Shown here: positions 52,745-64,000 of the stretch, in pieces | How the letters are laid out: the number at the start of each line of letters is the position of its first letter | Position numbering within the stretch: the first letter of the stretch is position 1 | Assembly (NCBI GenBank): GCA_964016885.1 | Contig: OZ024765.1 | Span: 11,780,001 to 11,844,000 of the forward strand | DNA from: Eledone cirrhosa | Taxonomy: Eukaryota | Length of the DNA: 64,000 nt | Direction: 5' to 3' | Position numbers and translations under genes: made by a program | The notes under the pieces: model-generated | What the model was told of the DNA's origin: nothing | What the model saw: only the letters and a program-made list of their open reading frames with translations | Databases searched by the model: none

Positions 52745-54598
52745 ACAAGACCTGTATGCGGAGCTAATATAGCTAGCAACTACAGGATCTCCTACTTCCT
52801 CTCAATGGTTATACGCCCCATAATCAAGATGTCCCCAGATGTATGTGAAAGTACAGAGGACCTCCTCAGCAGAATCAGTGAGTGCAACAAAAACAGGAGC
52901 CTATCCAACTGCATAATAGGCAGCATGGATGTGGTGTCACTGTACCCATCCATTAACATTGATTTTGCTGTGAAAAGATGTGTGGAGATGATCATTGAGA
53001 GTGAGGTGGAGTTCTGCGACGTCGACACAGACGAACTGGGCCTCCTACTTAGACTTACCTACGACACTGACTACCTAGACAGCCATGACCTTAGATGTTT
53101 CTGCCCTAGTAGACCTATAAGAGGTAGACCCCCCACCATAACCTCAATGGCTAAAAAGACTCCCATAGGAAGGTGGATTGGGTGGACCAAAGCTATACGG
53201 ACCCCCCAAAACACTGATCAGGTAAGAAAAATGGTCGCACATGCAATAGGGGCTAGTATCAAAACTACCCTAAAGGGCCACATATTTAAGTTCAATGAGA
53301 AAATCTACACCCAAAATGAGGGAGCAGCCATCGGCGTCAGCATAGCTGGCGATGTTGCCAACCTTTTCATGGTATGGTGGGAAAGGAGACTTAAAGATCT
53401 CCTTAATGAAAGCTCCATAGACCTCATCATGTACTCTCGTTATGTAGACGATATCAATATAGTTATAAGAACACCCCCACTAGAGAGCACTAACAAGTTT
53501 GATTTAGAACGTAGCACGATGGAAAGCATCCAGCAGATAGCTAATTCCATACACCAGAGTATAACTGTAACTATAGACTTCCCTTCCAAACACCCTAACA
53601 ATAGACTACCTGTATTAGACACAGAACTCTGGATTAACACTATAGACGAGAGAGCCCAAATTCTCCACTCACACTATGCTAAACCCATGGCCTCCAAATA
53701 CCTGATACTCAAAAACTCAGCAATGTCCAGTAGTGCTAAGTTTAATATTCTGATCGCAGATTTGGTACGAGTGATGAAGAATGTGTCCAGCATGTGCGAC
53801 CCAACAGAAATGGAAGGACACATCCAACACTTCATCAACCGCATGCAGTTCTCTGGCTACAACCAAAGAGACAGAGTCAGAGTATACGAAGGAGCCATGG
53901 AAAAGTATAAGACCCTCATAGAACTGGACATGAAAGGAATTTGCCCACTATACAGGAGCAAATCATGGAATAGCTTAGATAGGGCTAGACATAAGATAGG
54001 GAAGGCCACATCATGGTACGACAACCAGAGATATCAGAGTGTCATGTTTGTGGACGCCACCCCTGGAGGGAAATTAGCTAACCAGTGTAGAAAGGCCCTG
54101 AGAAAGACCCACTTAAAAATAAAGGTGGTAGAAAAGCCAGGAACCACCATAAAATCCCTGATCAGCAAAACCTACCCTTTTAAGAAAACCCACTGTACCA
54201 ATAGGAAATGTATCATATGTAAGGTGAACCCCCGGATAAACTGTAAAACTAGAAACGTAGTCTATAGCATAAGATGTACAGAGGGTACTTGCAGAAACAC
54301 GACAACAACATACATAGGTGAGACAGCTCGTAGCATAGGTGAAAGGATAGACCAACACTGGGGGGAACTAAAAGGACGAAAAAACGGGTCAGTACTATAC
54401 GAACATGCTAGACAACATCATGACGGTAACATAGACAACATAGAAATTAGAATAATATCTAAACATAGGAATGACCCAGCAGATAGGCAAATCAGAGAGG
54501 CCAGTGAAATAGAAATTAGAAGACCAAAGCTAAACAGAAAGAATGAGTGGAACAACAACAACACCCAAACAAACAACACTGACCTAAGAGAAGTATAA
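52745..54598 (+). CDS. PLE reverse transcriptase + GIY-YIG endonuclease (N-terminally truncated; the track start 52640 runs through flanking TA repeat)
   Basis: RT motifs RPV, SMDVVSLYPSI, YTQNEGAAIG, RYVDD, LPVLD; Cys linker CTNRKCIIC; EN motifs NVVYSIRC..C..YIGETAR..ER..H..H..IRE..I..LNRKNEW. Confidence 0.9.
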   Translation, partial: TRPVCGANIASNYRISYFLSMVIRPIIKMSPDVCESTEDLLSRISECNKNRSLSNCIIGSMDVVSLYPSINIDFAVKRCVEMIIESEVEFCDVDTDELGLLLRLTYDTDYLDSHDLRCFCPSRPIRGRPPTITSMAKKTPIGRWIGWTKAIRTPQNTDQVRKMVAHAIGASIKTTLKGHIFKFNEKIYTQNEGAAIGVSIAGDVANLFMVWWERRLKDLLNESSIDLIMYSRYVDDINIVIRTPPLESTNKFDLERSTMESIQQIANSIHQSITVTIDFPSKHPNNRLPVLDTELWINTIDERAQILHSHYAKPMASKYLILKNSAMSSSAKFNILIADLVRVMKNVSSMCDPTEMEGHIQHFINRMQFSGYNQRDRVRVYEGAMEKYKTLIELDMKGICPLYRSKSWNSLDRARHKIGKATSWYDNQRYQSVMFVDATPGGKLANQCRKALRKTHLKIKVVEKPGTTIKSLISKTYPFKKTHCTNRKCIICKVNPRINCKTRNVVYSIRCTEGTCRNTTTTYIGETARSIGERIDQHWGELKGRKNGSVLYEHARQHHDGNIDNIEIRIISKHRNDPADRQIREASEIEIRRPKLNRKNEWNNNNTQTNNTDLREV

Positions 54599-54874
54599 AT
54601 AAATAAGTAAATTAAATTAAATAAAATAAGATAAATAAATACATACACAAGCACATAAACACACACTAGTCACCCAGCAGACAACACTATACACACTAGT
54701 CACACATCACACATCACACATAACACTATACACACACGCAAACGCATGCGCAAAGAAGACAAAATAAAATAAGATAAACAAACAAGCAAATAAATAAATA
54801 AATATATAGACAGACTGAACAAAAAAATGGCGTAGACATACAACACAACAGGAGGAACAATGAATATAACACCA

Positions 54875-54902
54875 CTGACGATGTTGCAGATGTGCAACGA
54901 AA
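54875..54902 (+). ncRNA. Hammerhead core plus stem II in the PLE 3' region (stems I and III not resolved)
   Basis: CTGACGA-T-GTTGCA-GATG-TGCAAC-GAAA; compensatory changes versus 62990-63017. Confidence 0.55.
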
Positions 54903-55164
54903 GATTTATGTAAACTATATATATATGTGTTTGTCTATATTGTATCTGTATTATTTTTGACCGCCGGTCAGTCAATGGCAACATTGAGGACCGAGTAAGT
55001 TAGATCGCAGATATATATATATAAAAGACAGCGAGAAGCGAAAACCAACCAAACAGTGAGTGTGTTCTGTTATTAATTCTGGCAATATTACGCAAATATG
55101 ACCCTCCCCAAATATAACAATATTTATATATATATATTTATATATATATATATATATTTATATA

Positions 55165-55357
55165 CGTTATTCCGGGTTGAATCGGAGGTAACCACAGTAA
55201 GTAAGGTACTCAATACATAGCAGAGTATAACAGTTTTAATATAGATGAGATTCTACAGGACTAGAACTGTTTCATTCATTAGAAATCATCAGAAACCTGA
55301 TGATTTCTAATGAATGAAACAGTTCTAGTCCTGTAGAATCTCATCTATATTAAAACT
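55165..55357. mobile_element. Family B short element, inverted pair joined at the hammerhead core
   Basis: ...TCATCAG-AAAC-CTGATGA...; arms of about 60 bp. Confidence 0.75.
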
Positions 55358-55366
55358 ATATATATT

Positions 55367-55397
<31 letters not shown>

Positions 55398-55398
55398 T

Positions 55399-55437
<39 letters not shown>

Positions 55438-55473
55438 ATATTTATATATTTATCTATAAAACTGTTTATATTG

Positions 55474-55539
55474 TATTTTGTCTGATGAAGGCATAGCATA
55501 TTGTTAATATGATATCCCCGAAATATATATAATGAAATA
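55474..55539 (+). ncRNA. Type I hammerhead motif (diverged family A)
   Basis: TATTTTGT-CTGATGA-AGG..CATATT-GTT-AATATG..CCC-GAAA-TATATA-TA-ATGAAATA. Confidence 0.65.
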
Positions 55540-55696
55540 AATATGGTTTTATAAATATAGTTTTCCATTTATTTAATATTGTAAATATACTCCAAGTATT
55601 TGTCGAGTGCTTTTATATCAGTTATAAATATTTACTAGTTGTAACCCAACAATTTTAAATATAACTTTACATGTATATATTTATATATATATATAT

Positions 55697-55889
55697 AACA
55701 AAGAGGGTGTGGTAAGATACCAGGTGGACCATAACACACCAGAGTACTCAATACTTAGGGTAGTAGAGTGGGTTAGGGTTATAGGAAAACAGTCAGGACC
55801 CCAACGGCTGAGCTCCGGCCATTTCGAGAGACATACAATGTATACGTGTGTCAAAATGGCCAGAGCTCAGCCGTCGGGGTCCTGACTAT
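55697..55889. mobile_element. Family C short element, inverted pair
   Basis: GGCTGAGCTC...GAGCTCAGCCGTCGGGGTCC; homologous to 7326-7514. Confidence 0.6.
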
Positions 55890-55949
55890 ACACACATACA
55901 TATATATACATACACACATACATATATATACATACACACATACATATAC

Positions 55950-56190
55950 GGAGAGCTCAATTTGCTGGCCACTGTCACCGTGCCAACAATGAAATCATAT
56001 CCGCTCTCTTGCTCTGGAACCCTGACTCCAGCCTGACTAGGAGTAGGAAGCTGTCATTCCCTGACGTTATCTCTAGGGATACGGGAATCAGTAGACAGGA
56101 CCTGGGGGCAGCGATGGGGGACAGGGGATTGTGGGGCATGAGAGTGAGATCCATCATCTCGACAGTAGTCGACGAGTGATGATGATGAGG
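55950..56190 (+). mobile_element. RTE-clade LINE 3' end
   Basis: RAQFAGHCHRANNEIISALLLWNP...DLGAAMGDRGLW; (TGA)n tail. Confidence 0.75.
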
Positions 56191-56199
56191 ATATATATA

Positions 56200-57333
56200 T
56201 ATATATATAAATGTAAATGTGGTTGGTGTTAGGAAGGGCATCCAGCTGTAGAAAACCTGCCAGGCAGTCCTATGCGAGCAAGACAATCACTCTTGCCTCA
56301 ATATATATATATATAAATGTAAATGTGGTTGGTGTTAGGAAGGGCATCCAGCTGTAGAAAACCTGCCAGGCAGTCCTATGCGAGCAAGACAATCACTCTT
56401 GCCTCAATATATATATATATAAATGTAAATGTGGTTGGTGTTAGGAAGGGCATCCAGCTGTAGAAAACCTGCCAGGCAGTCCTATGCGAGCAAGACAATC
56501 ACTCTTGCCTCAATATATATATATATAAATGTAAATGTGGTTGGTGTTAGGAAGGGCATCCAGCTGTAGAAAACCTGCCAGGCAGTCCTATGCGAGCAAG
56601 ACAATCACTCTTGCCTCAATATATATATATATAAATGTAAATGTGGTTGGTGTTAGGAAGGGCATCCAGCTGTAGAAAACCTGCCAGGCAGTCCTATGCG
56701 AGCAAGACAATCACTCTTGCCTCAATATATATATATATAAATGTAAATGTGGTTGGTGTTAGGAAGGGCATCCAGCTGTAGAAAACCTGCCAGGCAGTCC
56801 TATGCGAGCAAGACAATCACTCTTGCCTCAATATATATATATATAAATGTAAATGTGGTTGGTGTTAGGAAGGGCATCCAGCTGTAGAAAACCTGCCAGG
56901 CAGTCCTATGCGAGCAAGACAATCACTCTTGCCTCAATATATATATATATAAATGTAAATGTGGTTGGTGTTAGGAAGGGCATCCAGCTGTAGAAAACCT
57001 GCCAGGCAGTCCTATGCGAGCAAGACAATCACTCTTGCCTCAATATATATATATATAAATGTAAATGTGGTTGGTGTTAGGAAGGGCATCCAGCTGTAGA
57101 AAACCTGCCAGGCAGTCCTATGCGAGCAAGACAATCACTCTTGCCTCAATATATATATATATAAATGTAAATGTGGTTGGTGTTAGGAAGGGCATCCAAC
57201 TGTAGAAAACCTGCCAGGCAGTCCTATGCGAGCAAGACAATCACTCTTGCCTCAAGTGGGACTACCCCCGTCCAAACCCATGCAAGCGTGGAACACGGAC
57301 GTTAAACGTTGATGATGATGATGATGATGATGA
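56200..57333 (+). repeat. Ten 106-bp tandem units made of a SINE family 3 segment plus TA tract; the last unit continues into the SINE tail
   Basis: Unit starts at 56210, 56316, 56422 ... 57164. Confidence 0.95.
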
Positions 57334-57354
57334 TATATATATATATATATAGAG

Positions 57355-57727
57355 AGGCAAGCATGCTCCGTTGGATGTGCAGTGTAAATGTGCGTGAACG
57401 ACCCAGCATAAATGTGTTGAGAGAGAAACTGTCTGAGAGGGATAGAATGTAGTGTACGGGAGAGGAGACTGAGGTGGTATGGACATGTGATGTGCATGGA
57501 GGATGACCGATGGGTGAAGAAGTGCCAGTTGAAGGAAGACGTGGTAGAGGTAGACCACGAAAAACATGGGCGGAGGTGGTGAGAACAGACCTCAGATCAT
57601 TGAAGCTCACAGTGGAGATGACGAAGGACTGTGATGAGTGGAGAGATGCTGTGCTGAATAAGACCCGTCCCACCCTTGCAAGCAGGGAAAAGCGGACGTA
57701 AAATGATGATGATGATGATGATGATGA
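57355..57727 (+). mobile_element. RTE LINE 3' fragment
   Basis: ERRLRWYGHVMCM; RGRGRPRKTW; (TGA)n tail. Confidence 0.85.
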
Positions 57728-58016
57728 TATATATATATATATATACACACGCACGCACAAAGCAGAACCCGATTTTTCGACCAATCAGAGCAAGGCATAT
57801 AAAATGAAATGCAAATGAACCTTAAAATATGAATCAGTTTGAATCAAACAGAAAATATTTGAAGCAAACATTGAATATTTACATTCATGCTGTATGTATG
57901 TGTGTGTATGTATCTGTGTGTGTGTGTGTATGTATCTATGTATGTGTATGTATGAATGTAAAATATACCTATGTATCAATGTCTTTCTCTCTCACGCTCT
58001 CTATATATACAAACAC

Positions 58017-58076
<60 letters not shown>

Positions 58077-58266
58077 CATATATACATATATATATGTATA
58101 TACACACATATATATACATACACAAATATATATGTATATATATATACACACACACATATATATACATACACAAATATATATATATATATAGAGAGAGAGG
58201 GAGAGAGAGAGAGAGAGAGCTAGAGTGGGATGGAGAGAGATACAATGTATATGTGTGTATATATAA

Positions 58267-58297
<31 letters not shown>

Positions 58298-58358
58298 GAT
58301 ATATATATACACACACACACACATGCACACACACACATATATATATATATATATCTAT

Positions 58359-58394
<36 letters not shown>

Positions 58395-58719
58395 CTATAC
58401 ACACACACACACAATTTCTATTCCTGTTAACTAAAAATCTGGGGAAAAACAAGTACAAAAATTCATCTCAATCTTCATTACCAAAAACAAATTATTTATA
58501 CATAGAAAATAAAATAATTAGAGAAAAATATTAAAAGGTTATCGGTTACTATGGTAATAGATTAATTAAATTTTACCTGCAATTCTATATCTCCGCATCC
58601 CCTTTTACTTGCTACCCTCCTTCTAATTTTGTGCCCTTTTTAATGTCATCCATTATTCATCCTGCCCCCATTTCCTACATTTATAGGAAATCATCGTTTC
58701 AAATTGAATTCCTTAATTA

Positions 58720-59985
58720 CGAGGCAAGACTAATTGGCCAGAAAATCTTTCAGGCGTCAATCTAAGAAAAATTGATGCCATCTACGAAGGTCGGCTGAAA
58801 AGTAAGTTCATTGGCAGACTATGAAGGAATGATGCTAGAGCTGTGAAGGTGCATGGCTGAATGGGTAAAGAATTGGATTCACAACTGTGAGGTTGTGATT
58901 TTGATTCCTGGACTGGACGATGTGTTATGTTCCAGAGCAAGACACTTTATTTCACGTTGCTCTGTCTGCCTGGATTTGTGACCAACAGATAGTACTAGCA
59001 ATTGGAAAGACCAATGAAAACATTGATTCCTCGGTCCTATTTGACGAGCTCCACCCCACTCGTTAAGCGAACGAAGTCTAGGATCTTGTCAATCGACTGT
59101 CAATATATATATTGACTGTATCTCTGAATCCAATTTAATTGAACAGAAACACTTTCACTCATCAATCCAAGAAAAATTGATAGCCTCTATAAGTTAGCCT
59201 AATTGACCAAAACATCTCTCACCCGTCAATCTATGAATAATTGTTGGTGTCTATGAGGCTAATTCACTTGTCAATCTAAGAAAAATTGATAGCATCTACG
59301 AAGCTAGCCTAATTGACCAAAAATTCTTTCAGCTGTCAATCCAAGAAAAATTGATCGTGTTTTTGAGATTAATATAATTGACTACAAAATCTTTCAAACA
59401 TCCATCTAAGAAAAATTGACAGTATCTATGAAGCTAACCTAATTGATCAGAACATCTCTCATCCATCAATCCATGAAAAATTGACAGCATCTATGAGGCT
59501 AATTTAATTGAACAGGAAATCTTTCAAATATCAACCTAAGAAAAATTGAATTTCATTCAACTGAAAATCTTTTACTTGTCAATCTAAGAAAAATTGACAT
59601 ATCTCTGAATCCAGCTTAATTGAACAAAAAGTCTTTCACTCATCAACGTAAGAAAAAAAATGTAATTTGATTGACTAAGATATCTTTCAGACATCAATTT
59701 AATAAAAATTGACAGCATTTATGAAGCTAGCTTTATTGATAATAAATTATTCCAGCCATCAATCCTAGAAAAATTGATGGTGCCTTTGCGACTAATTTAA
59801 TTGACCAGGAAATCTTTCATGCATCAATCCAATAAAAAACTGACAGCCTCTATGAAGTTAGCCTAATTGACCAGAAAATCTTTCAGCTGTCAATCAAGGA
59901 AAATTGATGGAATCTAGGATGCTGATATAATTTACGAGAAAGTTTTTTAGTCATCAATATAAAAAATTGACAGTATCTACAAAGC
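58720..59985. repeat. Diverged tandem repeat of about 60 bp, interrupted by an old SINE (about 58845-59090)
   Basis: Recurring TCAATCTAAGAAAAATTGA...TAATTGACCA. Confidence 0.8.
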
Positions 59986-59994
59986 AGCAAGAAT

Positions 59995-60260
59995 CCACAT
60001 GAATTAAGTTCTATCAAATGTTCAGAGGGCTCCATAGAAATAGTAGACAGCTTCTGTTACCTTGAGGACCAAATTAGCAGTGGAGGTGAGTGTTTTTTAA
60101 GAATAGTTGCCAGGGGAAGAACAGGATGGAAAAAGTTGAGAGAGCTACTGTCATTGTCAGCTACAAAAGGGTTTTTTCCCTCAAAATGAAAGCTAGATCG
60201 TATGATGCTTCTTTGTGTGAATGTCAATTCTGCATGGAAGTGAGACATAGGATCTGTGTG
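59995..60260 (+). mobile_element. RTE LINE RT fragment (degenerate)
   Basis: IEIVDSFCYLEDQISSGG...GWKKLRELL. Confidence 0.75.
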
Positions 60261-60784
60261 CAGAGGAACAACAAAGATTGGAAAGAAATCTCCATCCCAA
60301 CCCACCAAGTACATCCAACAATGATTTCTACTATAGGCACAAGGCCAACAACTTGGGGGAAGGGAAAGTCGACCAAATCCAGTCCATCTTGTAAGGTTGT
60401 CATACTGATAAAACTATAAAAAGCACGCAGTCCATTCTGTAAGGTTATCGTACAGGTACTACAACAAAAAGTACCCAGTCTCCCCTTGTAAAGTGGTAGT
60501 GCTCTAGCCATGAGAAAACTTCCAGTACATGCTGTAATGTAGTTAGCATTAGGTTGTACTGTTGCCACTACAAAAAGTACCCAGTCCACCCTGTAAAATG
60601 GTAATGCTGGTGCCATGAGAAAATCTTCCAGTACATGCTGTAATGTGGTTAGCATTAAGAAGACAGTGAAGCCATAGAAAACCAAGGCAAAAAACAGATC
60701 TATATAGGCTAGTTGTGGTTAACTAATCGTGCTTGTCTCATAACATAACAACCTGAATTAAATGGTGATGATAATAATGTATTA

Positions 60785-60816
<32 letters not shown>

Positions 60817-61119
60817 GTGTGTGTGTGTATTTATATATATGCATATATATATATATATATGAAAAATGGATATTGAATGATGATATATATATGCATATAT
60901 ATATACAGATATGCATATGCATATATAAATGTGTATATATATATACACACACACACATTTATATATGCATATACATATGCATATATATATGTGTTTGTAC
61001 ACATATAATGTATATATATACCCATGAGAATTTCCAGACAAGTTAACAGCTGCTTAACAAGCAGATTAACCTAGCTTTTGTAAAATTGAACAAAGTCTAG
61101 TATCAAATGGAAACTCACC

Positions 61120-61166
<47 letters not shown>

Positions 61167-61267
61167 TTTATTGTATATGTAGCATTTATATTATATATAT
61201 ATATATATTTGTTATAACTGCTACATAAATATGTAGATATATATATATATATATAGACACATGTATG

Positions 61268-61299
<32 letters not shown>

Positions 61300-61301
61300 T
61301 G

Positions 61302-61345
<44 letters not shown>

Positions 61346-61347
61346 TG

Positions 61348-61397
<50 letters not shown>

Positions 61398-61399
61398 TG

Positions 61400-61436
<37 letters not shown>

Positions 61437-61909
61437 CACTTGCCCATGAGAATTTCCAGACAAGTTAACACAGTCTAATATCACCAATATCACACGGAAA
61501 TTCTTCTATATTTATAGCTGAGAGCAACCCCAGAATATAAAGTGTAATTAGTTTTGACGTAAATGGTTAAGATTTTTAATTATAAAATACTTACATAAGA
61601 GCACTACAAAAGCAGCTGCCAACTTGTGTCCAATCCTTGTCGGAGATTAGAGAAAAGGAGACTTCCTTTCCAAGCTCATCCAATAAAAAGTCGTAGTGCA
61701 TCTGAGCACTCTACACAATAATTTCATTATTATTGTTTTAAATCTTGTTACTTTGACACTCAAATTTGAAGAGCCCACTAGGTGTATCTATGAGCAGGAT
61801 CACTTGGAATGATTTCTCTCTCAAGAGACATGCATTTCACTTTCTCAAGCTTTTTCTCTCTCTACACACACACATATGTATGGTATATATAAGCACAACT
61901 GATTATATA

Positions 61910-62072
61910 TGTAAATGTGGTTGGTGTTAGGAAGGGCATCCAGCTGTAGAAAACCCGTCAGACAGTCCTATGCTAGCAAGACAACCACTCTTGCCTCAAG
62001 TGGGAAAACTCCCGTCCAACCCCATGCAAGCGTGGAACATGGACGTTAAACGATGATGATGATGATGATGAT
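61910..62072 (+). mobile_element. SINE-like family 3
   Basis: Core and (GAT)n tail. Confidence 0.75.
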
Positions 62073-62075
62073 ATA

Positions 62076-62889
62076 TACAATAAATGTAATCTGAGTTTTT
62101 CAAATATTAATAATAACATTCGATTCATTTGCAATTATGCAAACAAGTCTCAATTTTATAGCCATGTCAGAAGAATGAACACTTCATTCTTGCTCTTGTG
62201 TTGGCATGCGAACAGAACTGCAGACACTAATGTTTCTGGGTATCACCCTTCATCAGTACAGTTCACTGTTCACCAAACTGTCAGAGCTAGTGAAAATATG
62301 TGCTGTTTTCAAAAATACACAGTGACTGATCGGTCAGATCTGCATATTAGCAGACTGGCCAGTCAGTTTCCTGTATACGAGCGATAAATGGCCGGCTTTG
62401 CCAACATAAGAGCAAGAATGAAGTGTTCATTCTACTGACATGGCTATAAAATTGAGGCTTGTTTGCATAATTGCAAACAAATCGAATGTTATTATTAATA
62501 TTCAAAGGGCGGTGGATTGGCAGTATCGGTAGAGGATCGGACGCCATGCTTTCCAGCATAGTTACGTCCCTTTACGATCTGAGTTCAAATCCCGCCGAGG
62601 TTGACTTTGCCTTTCATCCTTACGGGGTCGATAAAATAAAGTACCAGTAATGCACTGGGTAAATGCTGGCCTTGTGCCTAAAGTAGAAACAATTATTAAT
62701 ATTCAAAAATGCTTTGACGCATAGAGTTACGGCCCTTGCCATTCTGAGTTCAAATCCCGCCGAGGTTAACTTTGCCTTTCATCCTTACGGGGTCGATAAA
62801 ATAAAGTACCAGTAATGTACTGGGTAATTGCTGGCCTTGTGCCAAAAGTAGAAACAATTATTAATATTCAAAAAACTACATTTATTGTA
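62076..62889. mobile_element. Foldback/MITE with inverted arms of about 130 bp; right arm interrupted by two SINEs
   Basis: 62076-62206 is the reverse complement of 62399-62506 plus 62860-62889. Confidence 0.7.
62507..62856 (+). mobile_element. Two SINE family 1 copies at one target site
   Basis: ATTATTAATATTCAAA occurs at 62491, 62692 and 62857. Confidence 0.85.
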
Positions 62890-62954
62890 TTCAGCCATGT
62901 AGAGCAAAATTTTCTTTTTTATATATATATATATATATTTGTTTTGGAGTAGGC

Positions 62955-63215
62955 ATTACAATACAACGGGAGGATACAAAATAGTACCATTGAGGATGTC
63001 ACAGATGTGTGACGAAAGAACTTTGATAGACTATATATATACATATTTATATCTGTATTTTTAACCATTGGTATATTGATTGCCAGATAAATTAACTATG
63101 GAGATATAAAAGATACAGAAGCGAAAACCAACCCAAACCAAACAGTGAGTGTGTTGTTATTATTTCTGGCAATATTATAACAATATGATCCTCCCCAAAT
63201 ATAACAATATATATA
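62955..63215 (+). mobile_element. Solo 3' end (pseudo-LTR) of a PLE related to 52745-55125
   Basis: Shares GAAGCGAAAACCAACC..AAACAGTGAGTGTGTT..CCTCCCCAAATATAACAA and the hammerhead stem II. Confidence 0.75.
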
Positions 63216-63216
63216 T

Positions 63217-63440
63217 TTACTCAGCTGTAGAAATGAGATGATAGGGGCTGGGGTCCCTATCATTCCACTGCAAAGTGGTCGTGGAGGTGCCACGGCAAAA
63301 AAGCACCCAGCACTCACTGTAAATGAGGTTGGTGTTAGGAAGGGCATCCAGCTGTAGAAATCAAGCCAGAATCAGTTCCCGTCCCACCCTTGCAAGCAGG
63401 GAAAAGTGGACGTAAAATGAAATGATGATGAAATGATGAT
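63217..63440 (+). mobile_element. SINE family 2, 5'-truncated
   Basis: Matches 35865-36079. Confidence 0.8.
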
Positions 63441-64000
63441 ATATATGTATATGTTTATATTTGTGTGTGTGTGATTATATATATATATGACACAGCTAAG
63501 GTCAACACTAGGAGAGAAAGAAAGAAAACTACAGACAAAAATGTGAACTGTTCTCCCTATATATATATGTATGTAAAGAAAATGTTTTCCCATATTCTTA
63601 TTGTTCTTATTAATATACAATTTAATTGCATTATACACTTCTGTCGTATGAAGAGGCCTACAAGCTGAAACAGGTACAAATAATGTGGAAATTCCTATTT
63701 TGTAAATAAATGTTTTGCTATTATTCTGAGAGAAAATCCCTTTAGCATTTTCTACTGTTTTTTTTTTCTTTTTTACTATTATATAAATATATATATATAT
63801 TGTAGGTCGACTTTGCTTGCCCACAGCCAAAGCTTCGATTTTACTAAGCTTCCAATAGTGTGTATGTATATATATATATATCATAGATTTAGTTAGAAAC
63901 TCAAAAATAGTCGTGTAATATAACTCAAAAAGAGCCGTGTAATATAATTGTGTATATGTATATATATATGTGAGAAAAACCACAGACCCTCCATCTCAAC

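Larger units (their letters stand above)
52745..55125 (+). mobile_element. 5'-truncated Penelope-like retroelement with 3' pseudo-LTR region, inserted in (TA)n
   Basis: RT plus GIY-YIG ORF; 3' region homologous to 62955-63215; TA-rich tracts on both sides. Confidence 0.9.

Noticed and set aside
63645-63685. ATGAAGA-GGC..GCT-GAAAC-AG-GTA hammerhead-like motif
   Set aside because: Core C is missing and no stem I can be formed.

Overview
Eukaryotic, AT-rich, intergenic or intronic DNA dominated by microsatellites ((TA)n, (CA)n, (GA)n, (CCA)n, (GAA)n) and transposon debris. The SINE set resembles octopus/coleoid cephalopod repeats (inference). No host gene can be called with confidence, and most ORFs in the track are microsatellite artefacts. 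The only long real ORF is a 5'-truncated, uninterrupted Penelope-like element (PLE) with RT plus GIY-YIG endonuclease (about 52745-54598) and an unusually long insertion between RT motifs A and B'. Also present: RTE, R4/Dong-like, CRE-like and Tx1-like LINE fragments, three SINE families, mariner/Tc1/pogo/hAT/piggyBac-type MITEs, a Helitron and several tandem arrays. The main hidden signal is about 20 complete, partial or degenerate type I hammerhead ribozyme motifs from roughly ten sequence families. They lie in short non-coding elements embedded in (TA)n, often as head-to-head inverted pairs. They show compensatory stem changes and non-canonical cores, and three families share a downstream ACTC...GAGT hairpin. 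All structures were folded by eye and none is tested.
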